A DNA stretch of 11,993 nt from Candidatus Hadarchaeota archaeon (GTDB lineage Archaea > CAYQAE01 > CAYVLA01), in contig CAYVLA010000101.1 of the NCBI GenBank assembly GCA_964452145.1, forward strand, positions 1 through 11,993, given 5' to 3'. Under the pieces are notes generated by a model. The model saw only the letters and a list, made by a program, of their open reading frames with translations, made no database searches and had not been told where the DNA came from. A program made the translations under genes and the position numbers. Every line of letters starts with the position of its first letter. Position 1 is the first letter of the stretch. Below are positions 1 through 7,826 of this stretch, piece after piece.

Positions 1-1
1 T

Positions 2-1306
2 GTATCGGTTCTGAAGCTGTTGTCAGACCCTCAGAAGATCGGCATCCTCAAGGAGCTCGGCAAGGCCAAGAACGGTCTGGCATACTCCGAGATAATGCAG
101 CTCACAGGCCTGCAGTCAGGCAGGCTTGGATACCAGCTCCGGAAGCTTGGGGTTCTTGTGAACAAGAGAGAGGAGAAGAAGTACGAACAGACCTCCCAGG
201 GCATACAGGCTTTGGGCCTCCTTCGCATGGCTCAGGCTCTCTTCCCGACGGCCTACTCTGAGTACAGGCTGACAGATGGGTCAACCCTTATTGCAAGGCC
301 AACCATGGCGGAGGACTCTGAAGATCTGTTCGAGATCGAAAAATCGAGGCAGAAGATGTGGGTCAAGTCCGCTATGGGAGAGATCCACCAGGCAAGATAC
401 GAAGACCTGACCCCCGAGGAGGTATCTGCCCAATGCGGGACTGAGCCAAGCCAGCTGAGAGAGGAGATAAGGAGGGATCAGGAGCAAGGAGCAATCAGGT
501 TCACGGGACTCATCCACGGCAGACCCCGAGCCTCCCTACGCCTGGTCTCCGTGGTGGAACCCGATCCCTGGGGAAAGGCTGCACATGTGAAGATAGATGT
601 CCACAAGAAGTATGACGATCTTGCAGCATCCGTCAAGCTCCTGGAGTTAGCCATCGACACGGCCAAGAAGATGGGGCACAACAAGCTAGACGTCTGGATC
701 TATTACCCGCTGGCCGAGCTGGAGAAACATCTGGACAAGAGGTACCCGGAACATAAGACCGAGTATGCCCATATGCGTATCGAGACACCCAAACTGCTGG
801 AAAGAATACCCTCCTCAGGCACGTGCGTAGAGGTGAGGAACGCGGAGGACGACCCTCCGATCTTCAGGAAACTGAGGATGAACAGATCCTTAACCTGGGC
901 CAACCAGGCATCGGACTGTGCTACAGGTGAGTGTCGAATCGATCAAAGCAAACCCTCCAGAGATAGACTTCTCTGCCGTGATGGCAATGTCGCGGCCCTT
1001 TCCTTCTACCACCGCAAGTTTACCAATTCAACTGTTCCAGAGATCTATCTACCGTTTCAAGACCTGGACGACGAGAACCTCATCAAAGAACTGATCCTTT
1101 CATCCGCACAGATCGGAGAAGAGCTCTCCTACCAGATGCTAGAAGTCCTTGTGGAGTCCAGATTCCGCGACCTCTTCTCATCGCTGGGCTTCAGAACCAT
1201 GAAACCGGAGACACCGCCCGAGAGTCTCCTCGGCCAGGAATGGGTAAGCGGGAAAGGACCGGGCTACGTCATAGACCTTAACGCGCGACAACCCGCCACT
1301 CCTTGA
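2..1306 (+). CDS. ArsR-like winged-helix domain fused to GNAT-fold domain(s), probably two tandem; probably 5'-truncated by the window edge
   Basis: The frame is open from base 2 (VSVLKLLSDPQKIGILKEL...LAYSEIMQLTGLQSGRLGYQLRKL...YEQTSQG), an archaeal wHTH. It is followed by LIARPTMAEDSEDLFEI and IDVHKKYDDLAASVKLLELAIDTAKKMGHNKLDV (GNAT-like), then a second EVRNAEDD...LFSSLGFR unit. Confidence 0.8.
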   Translation, partial: VSVLKLLSDPQKIGILKELGKAKNGLAYSEIMQLTGLQSGRLGYQLRKLGVLVNKREEKKYEQTSQGIQALGLLRMAQALFPTAYSEYRLTDGSTLIARPTMAEDSEDLFEIEKSRQKMWVKSAMGEIHQARYEDLTPEEVSAQCGTEPSQLREEIRRDQEQGAIRFTGLIHGRPRASLRLVSVVEPDPWGKAAHVKIDVHKKYDDLAASVKLLELAIDTAKKMGHNKLDVWIYYPLAELEKHLDKRYPEHKTEYAHMRIETPKLLERIPSSGTCVEVRNAEDDPPIFRKLRMNRSLTWANQASDCATGECRIDQSKPSRDRLLCRDGNVAALSFYHRKFTNSTVPEIYLPFQDLDDENLIKELILSSAQIGEELSYQMLEVLVESRFRDLFSSLGFRTMKPETPPESLLGQEWVSGKGPGYVIDLNARQPATP

Positions 1307-1548
1307 CGCCCGCAGACTGACCACAGATTCCGCGGTGAAAACAAAGGCTCCCGATAGCAGTCATCCTGTCGTCTTCTTGACAGGGAATGTCCTCTCAAAG
1401 GCCGAGTTCTTCGGGTCTCTCGGAGGATCGGTTGGGCCCTGATTGATAGACCGGGACTGGGCGCAATGCGCTTCGGCCTGTCCGTACAGGCGGGTCCGTA
1501 TGGATCGCCTCAACATTGCTTCCTCCCTCGTGTCCGTGTCCATTTGGG

Positions 1549-1860
1549 TCATGTGCGGAGCAAGGGGTCCTCGGAGAGTTTGTCGTGGAGTCTGTTCCCG
1601 CATTTGCTGCAGATCGATTCGAATCTGTGATTGTGCTTTGTCACCTTGATTTCGATCTTACAGTAGGGACATATGGGCCGGAGCATGTGAGGGACCCCCT
1701 CTTCAATCGCGTATCTTGAGCCGCATTCCGATACCAGTTCCCATCCTTCGAGCCTGATGGGTTCTGGTGCCGGGGTTTCACTCCCAGTGATTTCCGTTGA
1801 GCCGGGTGCAGGGGTGGAATCGGACACGCTCCCATCCCCCTGAAAGGCTGCGGAGCACAA
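1549..1860 (-). CDS. Trm112-like segment plus C-terminal zinc ribbon; possibly a gene fragment
   Basis: EGWELVSECGSRYAIEEGVPHML resembles the Trm112 C-terminal motif (G.L.C..CG..Y.I.EGIP.ML) and is followed by CPYC...CSKC. The TTG start is uncertain and the N-terminal half of Trm112 is not evident. Confidence 0.45.
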   Translation of the reverse strand: MCSAAFQGDGSVSDSTPAPGSTEITGSETPAPEPIRLEGWELVSECGSRYAIEEGVPHMLRPICPYCKIEIKVTKHNHRFESICSKCGNRLHDKLSEDPLLRT

Positions 1861-1890
1861 ACCTAGGTCTGATAGTCGCTGCCCTTTTCC

Positions 1891-2091
1891 CTACAGGCTC
1901 TCGATTGCGTCCATCAAGGCCGAGTAGACATCCGCCCTGAGATAGAGCCCGGAAGACACAAGGTCCCTTAGCAGCTGATGGGCGTCCTTCCTGCTGAGCA
2001 AGCCTCGCCTCACGGCCATCAGTACGAGGGTCGTCGTCCAGATGACGCGAACCCCCACTGCCCTGGCCACCTTGACGAGCCACCCTCGCCA
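1891..2091 (-). pseudogene. C-terminal fragment of a DUF3368-type PIN-domain nuclease
   Basis: Absent from the ORF track. Manual translation gives KVARAVGVRVIWTTTLVLMAVRRGLLSRKDAHQLLRDLVSSGLYLRADVYSALMDAIESL* (GTG at 2070, TAG at 1893-1891). This matches the DUF3368 pattern AR..G..V.GT.G.L..A...GL....A...L..L...G.... The catalytic PIN N-terminus is missing. Confidence 0.7.
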
Positions 2092-2463
2092 TCATGATGA
2101 GGTGGGTGTCGTCGGCTGTGCCCCTGGATAGGTTATCCTCTTCTTTCGGACTCCTCCTCTTCGCTCCACGAATCTCAGCCTAAGCATGACCTCCTTATTC
2201 CTCACCAACGTCCTGGTGAACACCGACCTCTGCACGAGCACCATCATCGCCAGGCCGGCACCGAACACTCCCGCCCCCGCAGACATCAGGCCCCAGTCAA
2301 GCCGGGGTGGGCTCACCGTTTGGGGGTAGCCGGTGATGAGGAATAGCTTACGGTTCTCTGTGAGCGCCAACATCGCCAGGCCTATCAGCGTTCCACCCAT
2401 GGCGACGAGCAAGGCACCTGCAACAAGCCCGGAGCAAGCTGCCAGAACATACCGGGTCCTCAT
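2092..2463 (-). CDS. Small membrane protein with two hydrophobic segments
   Basis: Hydrophobic stretches YVLAACSGLVAGALLVAMGGTLIGLAMLAL and WGLMSAGAGVFGAGLAMMVLV. Its start overlaps the upstream stop (ATGA at 2463-2460). Confidence 0.7.
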   Translation of the reverse strand: MRTRYVLAACSGLVAGALLVAMGGTLIGLAMLALTENRKLFLITGYPQTVSPPRLDWGLMSAGAGVFGAGLAMMVLVQRSVFTRTLVRNKEVMLRLRFVERRGGVRKKRITYPGAQPTTPTSS

Positions 2464-3242
2464 TCACCACCACCCGGAATTGCTCTTCTCTTCTTCCTTC
2501 TGTGGTAGAGGAGGATGGCGAAGGCCGCGATCGCCACTCCGAGCATGTCTATCGGGGTGACGTTCCACCCTCCCTCGCCAAACACCAACTCGAACTGGGC
2601 TCTTTCAGGCATGCCGGATGTCATGTGCCAGATGATGCCCAGTCTCCCATCGGCTCGCCATGTCTTGGCGGAATCCGTTCTGGGCGACCAGTCCTTGGGG
2701 CTCTGATCCACGGGCGGGTAGATCCGTACGATGAGCTCGGCCACCTCCGCCTCGAAGAGCGGTGTTCTGAACCTTATCACCGTGTTTGTGCCCTCCCTAC
2801 CGAAGAGACGGTCGCCAAACGTAGCTCCCCCACTGCTCCCGATGTCCCTCAGGGTGTACTTGGCCACGATGGTCTGTTCCTCACCGGGGTAGAGTCTCTG
2901 GGGCAGGATCGTGCTGATCACGGTGAGGTTGCCTGGGTGATCGACTCGCCACCCCATCTCCGTCGCGTCACCCGTCTGGACCGTGAGGGTGGTCTCCAGG
3001 CCCAGGGCCTGTCTCCGGTCGTATGGAAGGGTGACGTTGATCGTGTCCACCCAGCCTTGAAAGCAGTACAGAGTGGCCGACTGGGCCACGAAAACAGAGC
3101 CACCACCCTCGTAGACGGAGCAGTCGAAGGACTGAGTCGTGTAGTAGTAGCCCGGCCCAGCCCCGCACACCACGGGCTGCAACGCGATGACGAATGCCGC
3201 CGCGAAGGCAAGCGCGGCAGATGCCCCACGATGTCGTGCCAT
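2460..3242 (-). CDS. Secreted protein with C-terminal membrane anchor and beta-rich ectodomain (loosely DUF2207-like)
   Basis: Signal peptide MARHRGASAALAFAAAFVIALQPVVCG, a C-terminal transmembrane segment MLGVAIAAFAILLY and a basic tail HRRKKRR. An upstream TATA-like TTTAAG is present. Confidence 0.8.
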   Translation of the reverse strand: MARHRGASAALAFAAAFVIALQPVVCGAGPGYYYTTQSFDCSVYEGGGSVFVAQSATLYCFQGWVDTINVTLPYDRRQALGLETTLTVQTGDATEMGWRVDHPGNLTVISTILPQRLYPGEEQTIVAKYTLRDIGSSGGATFGDRLFGREGTNTVIRFRTPLFEAEVAELIVRIYPPVDQSPKDWSPRTDSAKTWRADGRLGIIWHMTSGMPERAQFELVFGEGGWNVTPIDMLGVAIAAFAILLYHRRKKRRAIPGGGE

Positions 3243-3344
3243 ACACCGTTCCCCCGCCGATCATTCATATGTACGACCGACCTGCCCTTAAATGAATCAT
3301 AGGGTATAGGGTATCACCCGAGGAGATCGGTAACGTAGACATCG
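3212..3344. repeat. 133-bp direct repeat, copy 1 (promoter plus first ~10 codons of the 2460-3242 gene)
   Basis: Aligns without gaps to 10596-10728 with 7 mismatches (manual alignment). Confidence 0.95.
3287..3293 (-). promoter_or_regulatory. Putative archaeal TATA box for the 2460-3242 operon
   Basis: ATTTAAG on the minus strand ~45 nt upstream of ATG 3242, with a G-rich (GGGGGAACGGTG) SD-like leader. Confidence 0.5.
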
Positions 3345-3510
3345 CCGCGATTCGTGAAGACCAGATTCTCACCTACTCGGTTTCGTGCCGGCTTAGTGTC
3401 TGACAGCATAGCTTCCGGGTCTCAGGACCCGACACAAGAGCGCTGACCGGATGCCACTGACAATCGGCCTGCCGGTCCGGGAAGCAAGCCTGGACGTTCT
3501 CGAAGCATAG

Positions 3511-3540
3511 CATTTTTGTATCCATATGGATACAAAAGTG
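3511..3540. promoter_or_regulatory. Palindromic operator overlapping the toxin-antitoxin promoter
   Basis: Perfect 24-bp palindrome TTTTGTATCCAT|ATGGATACAAAA (3514-3537), extending to 30 bp with one mismatch. It overlaps a TATA-like TTTTTGTA immediately upstream of the wHTH-MNT gene. Confidence 0.75.
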
Positions 3541-3552
3541 TACGGAGATCAA

Positions 3553-4143
3553 ATGCCCCTTCATCGGTATCTTGAGTTGCTGCTTGGCTCTAAGGTTAAG
3601 ATAAACGTGCTCAGAGCTTTGTGGAAGCATCGTAATAAGGAGTTCACGATAAGGGAGCTCGCGAGCTACCTTGGTTTGTCGCACGCGGGCGTCAGAAAGG
3701 CTTTGGACGATCTTGAGAAAGCCAATGCCGTCTCCCTCAGGACCATTGGGAAGTCTCATGCCGTCAGCATCAGGGCCGACAGCTACGCTGGGCGGATCAT
3801 CGAGGATATCTTCACGCTTGAGTCAGGGACTCTTGGGGACTTGAAGGGGATGCTCAAAGAAGCGCTCGAGGTGCCTGAGGTGATCTCGGCGGCCCTGTTT
3901 GGCAGCGTCGTGGGCGAGGAAGAGAAGCCCCTCAGCGATATCGACCTATTCGTCGTCGCCGACCAGAGAGGCCGAGCGGAGGAGATCATTGTTGACCTTC
4001 AGAACAAAGTTGTAGCGCGCTTTGGGAACGCGCTCTCGCCTTACTATCTGTCCGAGAAAGAGTATGAACAAAAGAGGGAGACTCCTTTGATCAGGGGGAT
4101 TCTGAGGAATCACATCTGGATATGCGGAAGAGAGCTTGGATGA
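3553..4143 (+). CDS. wHTH-fused minimal nucleotidyltransferase (MNT, MntA-like antitoxin)
   Basis: N-terminal wHTH (LGSKVKINVLRAL...FTIRELASYLGLSHAGVRKALDDL) and Pol-beta motif LFGSVVGEEEKPLSDIDLFVV (GSx10DxD). ATG 3553 follows GGAG; the alternative ATG 3526 lies inside the palindrome. Confidence 0.9.
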   Translation: MPLHRYLELLLGSKVKINVLRALWKHRNKEFTIRELASYLGLSHAGVRKALDDLEKANAVSLRTIGKSHAVSIRADSYAGRIIEDIFTLESGTLGDLKGMLKEALEVPEVISAALFGSVVGEEEKPLSDIDLFVVADQRGRAEEIIVDLQNKVVARFGNALSPYYLSEKEYEQKRETPLIRGILRNHIWICGRELG

Positions 4144-4147
4144 TGGG

Positions 4148-4552
4148 ATGCCTGTCAAGACCAGACATGTCGATCGATCGCTATTTGGGAACTACCTCAA
4201 GAAAGCCCACGAGAACTTCGAGGCCGTCAGAGACGGCATTGACAACGGAAGGTGGAACGCGGCTGTGATGAACGCCGTTCATTGCGGGGTCAACGCCTGT
4301 GATGCGGTGACTGTGTTCACGATCGGTCTAAGACACGCCGGCGAAAGGCACGAGGAAGCCATCGCTCTACTCCAGTCTCTGAACCTGGACAAAGAAGTGG
4401 TAGTCAGCAAGACAAGACAACTGAGCCGCTTGCTCGGCGTCAAGAACGCGGCGGAATATGAAGAGAGGCTGATGAGCAAAAGAGATGCGCAGGAGGCCGC
4501 GATCAATGCCGAAAGACTCCTACGTTGGGCGGAGGAGTTGCTCATAAGCTGA
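4148..4552 (+). CDS. HEPN domain protein (toxin partner of MNT)
   Basis: YLKKAHENFEAVRDGIDNGRWNAAVMNAVHCGVNACDA...HEEA...KNAAEY...DAQEAAINAERLLRWA is a typical HEPN helical bundle. It lies directly downstream of the MNT gene; an alternative TTG start is at 4136. Confidence 0.9.
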   Translation: MPVKTRHVDRSLFGNYLKKAHENFEAVRDGIDNGRWNAAVMNAVHCGVNACDAVTVFTIGLRHAGERHEEAIALLQSLNLDKEVVVSKTRQLSRLLGVKNAAEYEERLMSKRDAQEAAINAERLLRWAEELLIS

Positions 4553-5094
4553 GAAACCCCAAGTTTCGGTCTGCCATGAGACAAGGCCTGTCTGCATCAT
4601 GCCCATCCTCGATATCGCCAGCGGTTTTTCAACTGTTGCGGTGGGGCGATGATCATCTGGATGAAGCATCCCACCCTGGAATGGTCCCACGACCCCGCAG
4701 ACCCCACAGACGAGACTGTGTCTGAGTAAGCGGATTGACCCCCATGATGAGAAAGAATAAGTTGACACATACATATACATCTGTCGACCGCTTCGCCTTC
4801 CACGCGCCTGTTTCCGATACGATCAGGCCCATACATCTATGAATTGTGTCAGCTTCATTGTTTGAGATGGGTCCGGAGAGCTTCCGAGGATACTGTCGCA
4901 GTAGGAACAAGGGTCTGCTCTTCGGGAGTAGTAGCAGCACATAGGCGCATCAGATTCCGAATCTCGACTTCCCTTTGGTCAGGTCCGAGCCTGCCATCCA
5001 ACTCAAGAATGAACCGATAGACTTACCCCCAAGACGCCGCTCCTGATAGGAAACAGTTATCTCGATCTAGACCCGGGTCGAAGCGGGGTCGCTC

Positions 5095-5517
5095 ATGTGG
5101 AAAGGGGAATCGCTTGATCGGGTCCTCGATGTGTGTCGAAGCGGCGTGAATAAGGAGATCCTGAGAATACTGGCCAACAGCGACAGGGGAGCGTATCCGT
5201 CCCAGTTGGCCAGGCGTCTGGGCAAGGACCGAACCCTGGTCAACAGAAGACTCCGCCGTCTGCACGATCTGGGTCTGGTTCGCAGGAGATATGAAGTGAG
5301 GGAGGGCAAGGGGGTCATGATCTACAGGGCCAATCAGAGCAGCATCACCATCGCTATCGATTTCAAGGCCGGAGAGACCGCTGCGTTTGTGGGCGAAGAC
5401 GGCCAGCGGGCGTTCGGGGCCAGGATCATCGGGGCGCTGTTCCGCATATTCCCACCGATCGTGCCCCCCAGTGCCACCGCATGGGGTGTGACCGACCCGG
5501 TCACACGGGAACCCTAA
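5095..5517 (+). CDS. ArsR-family winged-helix transcriptional regulator
   Basis: VNKEILRILANSDRGAYPSQLARRLGKDRTLVNRRLRRLHDLGLVRRRYE...IYRAN is a classic archaeal wHTH with a wing. Confidence 0.85.
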   Translation: MWKGESLDRVLDVCRSGVNKEILRILANSDRGAYPSQLARRLGKDRTLVNRRLRRLHDLGLVRRRYEVREGKGVMIYRANQSSITIAIDFKAGETAAFVGEDGQRAFGARIIGALFRIFPPIVPPSATAWGVTDPVTREP

Positions 5518-5545
5518 TATATGGTCCAGGCTACTGCTATTATTG

Positions 5546-5872
5546 GTGGCAAGGCGGACCTACGAGATTGAAGGCGTGGCCTGCGGGAGCTGCGAGGTCT
5601 GCGTATTGGGGAATGCTGCTCTGAGCAGGAGGATTGCCGAGCATTTCCCCGACTGGAAGCCGGCCAGGGTTACCCAGATAGCCTTGTCGGGGGGGATTGG
5701 CCAGACCAGGGTCAGCGTTGAATGCACATACTCGCCCACTAGGAGGGTGTGCAGGAAGGAGATCGTCGTGACCGGAAGGGAGGAGGGACTCGTTCTCAGC
5801 AGGATCATCTCAATCCTTGACTCGCTTTCCGAGGCAAGAAGGGGGAGAAGAAGGTGTTCGGGAGATCAATAG
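5546..5872 (+). CDS. Small Cys-rich protein with an HMA-like N-terminal motif
   Basis: RTYEIEGVACGSCEVC resembles the heavy-metal-associated IEGMTCxxC motif. A TATA-like TAATATAT at ~5515-5522 sits ~24 nt before GTG 5546. Confidence 0.55.
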   Translation: MARRTYEIEGVACGSCEVCVLGNAALSRRIAEHFPDWKPARVTQIALSGGIGQTRVSVECTYSPTRRVCRKEIVVTGREEGLVLSRIISILDSLSEARRGRRRCSGDQ

Positions 5873-6738
5873 GCCCTGGCAAGGAGACCGCAACTGGAGA
5901 TGAACGCCACAGGGGTTGGGTGGTCGCGATTGCCTGCGTTGTCTGCCTCCTGTGCGCTGTCGAACCTTGCTCATCCATTGGGGCGGGCGTGAATCCCGGC
6001 GATTGGGCGACATGGTCGGTGGAAACCCGCTGGTCGCCCGGCCCGTTGCCCCAAGAGGAAGCCCCGATCGTGGCTGAGTATGGCCTGAACCTAACGACAG
6101 TGCGAGCCTATGTCCTTTGGGTCCGATCGCCGATCGTGGTCTACGACCTGACGGCAAGGTGGCTGGATGGCTCGGCCCGCACCGTTCAGCCCCGCGTGAA
6201 TCTATCCTCGGGAGATCTGGGAGGGAGCATTTCCGACCTGTCTCTGCAAGGGTTTCCGGGTCTTGCTCTTTACCTGATTGGATCCAGCCTGGATGCTGGG
6301 GACTCCGTCCGCATCTGGTGGCGGGGCGAGCCGAGGCGGTTGATTGTTGAAAGCCTGGACAGTGGGAGATACGGTGGAGCCACAAGGCAGGTGCTAACAG
6401 CCCAATACAACGGCTCTTCCGGAAACGTCACCGAGTTGCTCTCCGGCAAGTGGGACCAATCCACGGGGATGCTATGCGAGGCCACCTTGGTGCTTGAGGG
6501 CCCAGACTGGTCGCTCCAGACATCCATACTCCTATCCGGCACAAGCCGGTGGGGAATCGTGAGAAGGTCCAACTGGCCCGTCCTGGCCCTTGTCGTGATT
6601 GTTGTCGCTGTCACATCCGCTCTGGTCGTGCGGAGCCAGCTCTCTGCAAAGAGAAAGCAAGGGGCGAACCAGGCTCCCACAACCCACGACTCGTCGCACC
6701 CGACCACGCGGGAGGGCAACCAGGATCCAACCCGGTAG
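5854..6738 (+). CDS. Archaeal cell-surface protein with signal peptide and C-terminal transmembrane anchor
   Basis: Hydrophobic signal WVVAIACVVCLLCAV, motifs GVNPGDWATW and KWDQSTGMLCE, and C-terminal WPVLALVVIVVAVTSALVV. The exact start is uncertain. Confidence 0.8.
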   Translation: MFGRSIGPGKETATGDERHRGWVVAIACVVCLLCAVEPCSSIGAGVNPGDWATWSVETRWSPGPLPQEEAPIVAEYGLNLTTVRAYVLWVRSPIVVYDLTARWLDGSARTVQPRVNLSSGDLGGSISDLSLQGFPGLALYLIGSSLDAGDSVRIWWRGEPRRLIVESLDSGRYGGATRQVLTAQYNGSSGNVTELLSGKWDQSTGMLCEATLVLEGPDWSLQTSILLSGTSRWGIVRRSNWPVLALVVIVVAVTSALVVRSQLSAKRKQGANQAPTTHDSSHPTTREGNQDPTR

Positions 6739-6756
6739 CTTGGAGGCACGGTAGAT

Positions 6757-7182
6757 ATGGCGATCCATAGTTACGTCCGCCCGCATGACTACAACCTGAG
6801 GCGGGCAACGAAGGCATGGCTCGCCCGGCTGTCGCATCAGGAAAGGCAGTTCAGGATCTGGTTCTACGTTGACGAGCTTCCAGCCAGAGAGGTGGATAGC
6901 CTCATCAAGAGGATCGTGGAGGAGGCGGGAGGGGCCGATCAGAGCGACGCGAGATACCTCGTCGCGTTGTCGCGCCAGAGCTGGAGGGATATAGGCATGG
7001 ACCGCAGCTTAGGGTTTGCCCCCAGCAGCGGGACTCTCATCGTCTGTCAGGGTAGGTCTGCGTTCATAGACAGGGTCTCCGGGATGCTCAGGGAGGAGAG
7101 GGAGAGGAGGAGACAACCCGGCAAGAGGAGGACGACTCTGGTCACTGGATTGGGCGGCAAGATGTGGCAGAGGGGGGCCTAG
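6757..7182 (+). CDS. Hypothetical protein
   Basis: 141-aa ATG ORF 18 nt after the upstream stop, with GGAGG upstream and a protein-like alpha/beta pattern. No family recognised. Confidence 0.6.
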   Translation: MAIHSYVRPHDYNLRRATKAWLARLSHQERQFRIWFYVDELPAREVDSLIKRIVEEAGGADQSDARYLVALSRQSWRDIGMDRSLGFAPSSGTLIVCQGRSAFIDRVSGMLREERERRRQPGKRRTTLVTGLGGKMWQRGA

Positions 7183-7426
7183 GTGGGAAAGCGGCCGATG
7201 GCAACCCTTCCAGCGTAGTCTTTGAAGCGCTCGGACTGCAGGCTTACGAGGATCCGCGTATCCGAGTGGGCATCCCACCCGAGCCTACTTGTCCTGATCC
7301 AATTGCCCGTACTCGGCGAGTGATCACTCTTCTGGACCTCGATACTCGGCAACCCTTGGGTAACCCCGATTCATGCCGCTCCCTGATCGTGAATATGCTG
7401 GTGATCGGATCCGGGCTTCAAGTCGG

Positions 7427-7499
7427 GCGTGGAGTGCGAGCGTGGAGTGCGAGCGTGGAGTGTGAGCGTGGAGTGTGCAGTGCGATGCGGTGCGGTGGC
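7427..7499. repeat. Tandem repeat: 4 x 13-bp GCGTGGAGTGYGA followed by ~5 degenerate 5-bp RTGCG units
   Basis: 13-bp units start at 7427, 7440, 7453 and 7466; gtgca gtgcg atgcg gtgcg gtggc runs from 7475 to 7499. Confidence 0.9.
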
Positions 7500-7502
7500 G
7501 GG

Positions 7503-7515
7503 TCAAATTTTTAAG
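7503..7515 (+). promoter_or_regulatory. Canonical archaeal BRE/TATA promoter
   Basis: TCAAA-TTTTTAAG, an isolated AT-rich island in GC-rich DNA. The predicted start site is near G7537 (C|G initiator). Confidence 0.6.
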
Positions 7516-7536
7516 GCCTAGGCCCACTCACTCTTC

Positions 7537-7670
7537 GGGGCTGGATTTGGCCGCCTTTGGCCTCTGAATCCGTGAACCCTCGCCCGGACCCGAGGCCGAG
7601 GGTGATGACGGGTCTGACGGGTAACATGGCGCAGTCGTAGACCTGTTACTCGTCAATGACTCTCCAGGCT
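7537..7670 (+). ncRNA. Putative structured RNA or 5' leader (unclassified)
   Basis: Lies downstream of the TATA box. Stems: GGATT/AATCC, ACCCTCG/CGAGGGT and TGACGGGTAACA/TGTTACTCGTCA. Contains box C-like GTGATGA (7602) and box D-like CTGA (7614). Confidence 0.4.
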
Positions 7671-7826
7671 GAACGGCGACCGCTGAGTTTCTCTCAAGAC
7701 GCTCTTGCCCTCCGCTGGCCTTCCGTCTCTGCCCTCCGCCTCTTCTGGGCTTCTGGCTGTGATTGTGTGTCTGGAAGCTCGTTGACTAGGAGAACGACCA
7801 ACGACTCCTTCGCGGAGACCGGTTCA

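Noticed and set aside
1778..2095. 105-aa minus-strand ORF
   Set aside because: It is an alternative frame over the DUF3368-like segment, which has the real family signal.
2502..3302. 266-aa plus-strand ORF, and similar long antisense ORFs such as 5810-6385, 8325-8852 and 9398-10099
   Set aside because: These are shadow ORFs opposite well-supported genes in GC-rich DNA, with no recognisable motifs.
4553..5094. Short ORFs and a weak inverted repeat (GTTGACA...TGTCGAC at ~4761-4788) in the intergenic gap
   Set aside because: No ORF shows a recognisable domain, and the inverted repeat is short and imperfect.
7427..7478. CRISPR array
   Set aside because: The 13-bp units are directly adjacent with no unique spacers, and no cas genes are present.
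7164..7514. 116-aa plus-strand ORF
   Set aside because: It runs through the tandem repeat into the TATA box and has no family features, so it is probably spurious.
7537..7670. tRNA, tmRNA, fluoride or TPP riboswitch, or canonical C/D or H/ACA guide RNA
   Set aside because: There is no T-loop or cloverleaf and the 5' riboswitch consensus elements are missing. The C and D boxes are only 5 nt apart, and ACA is too close to the upper stem for an H/ACA pocket.
7656..7826. N-terminal extension of ABC-F given in the ORF track
   Set aside because: It has no ABC-F-like sequence, is low-complexity and pyrimidine-rich, and overlaps the putative structured leader.
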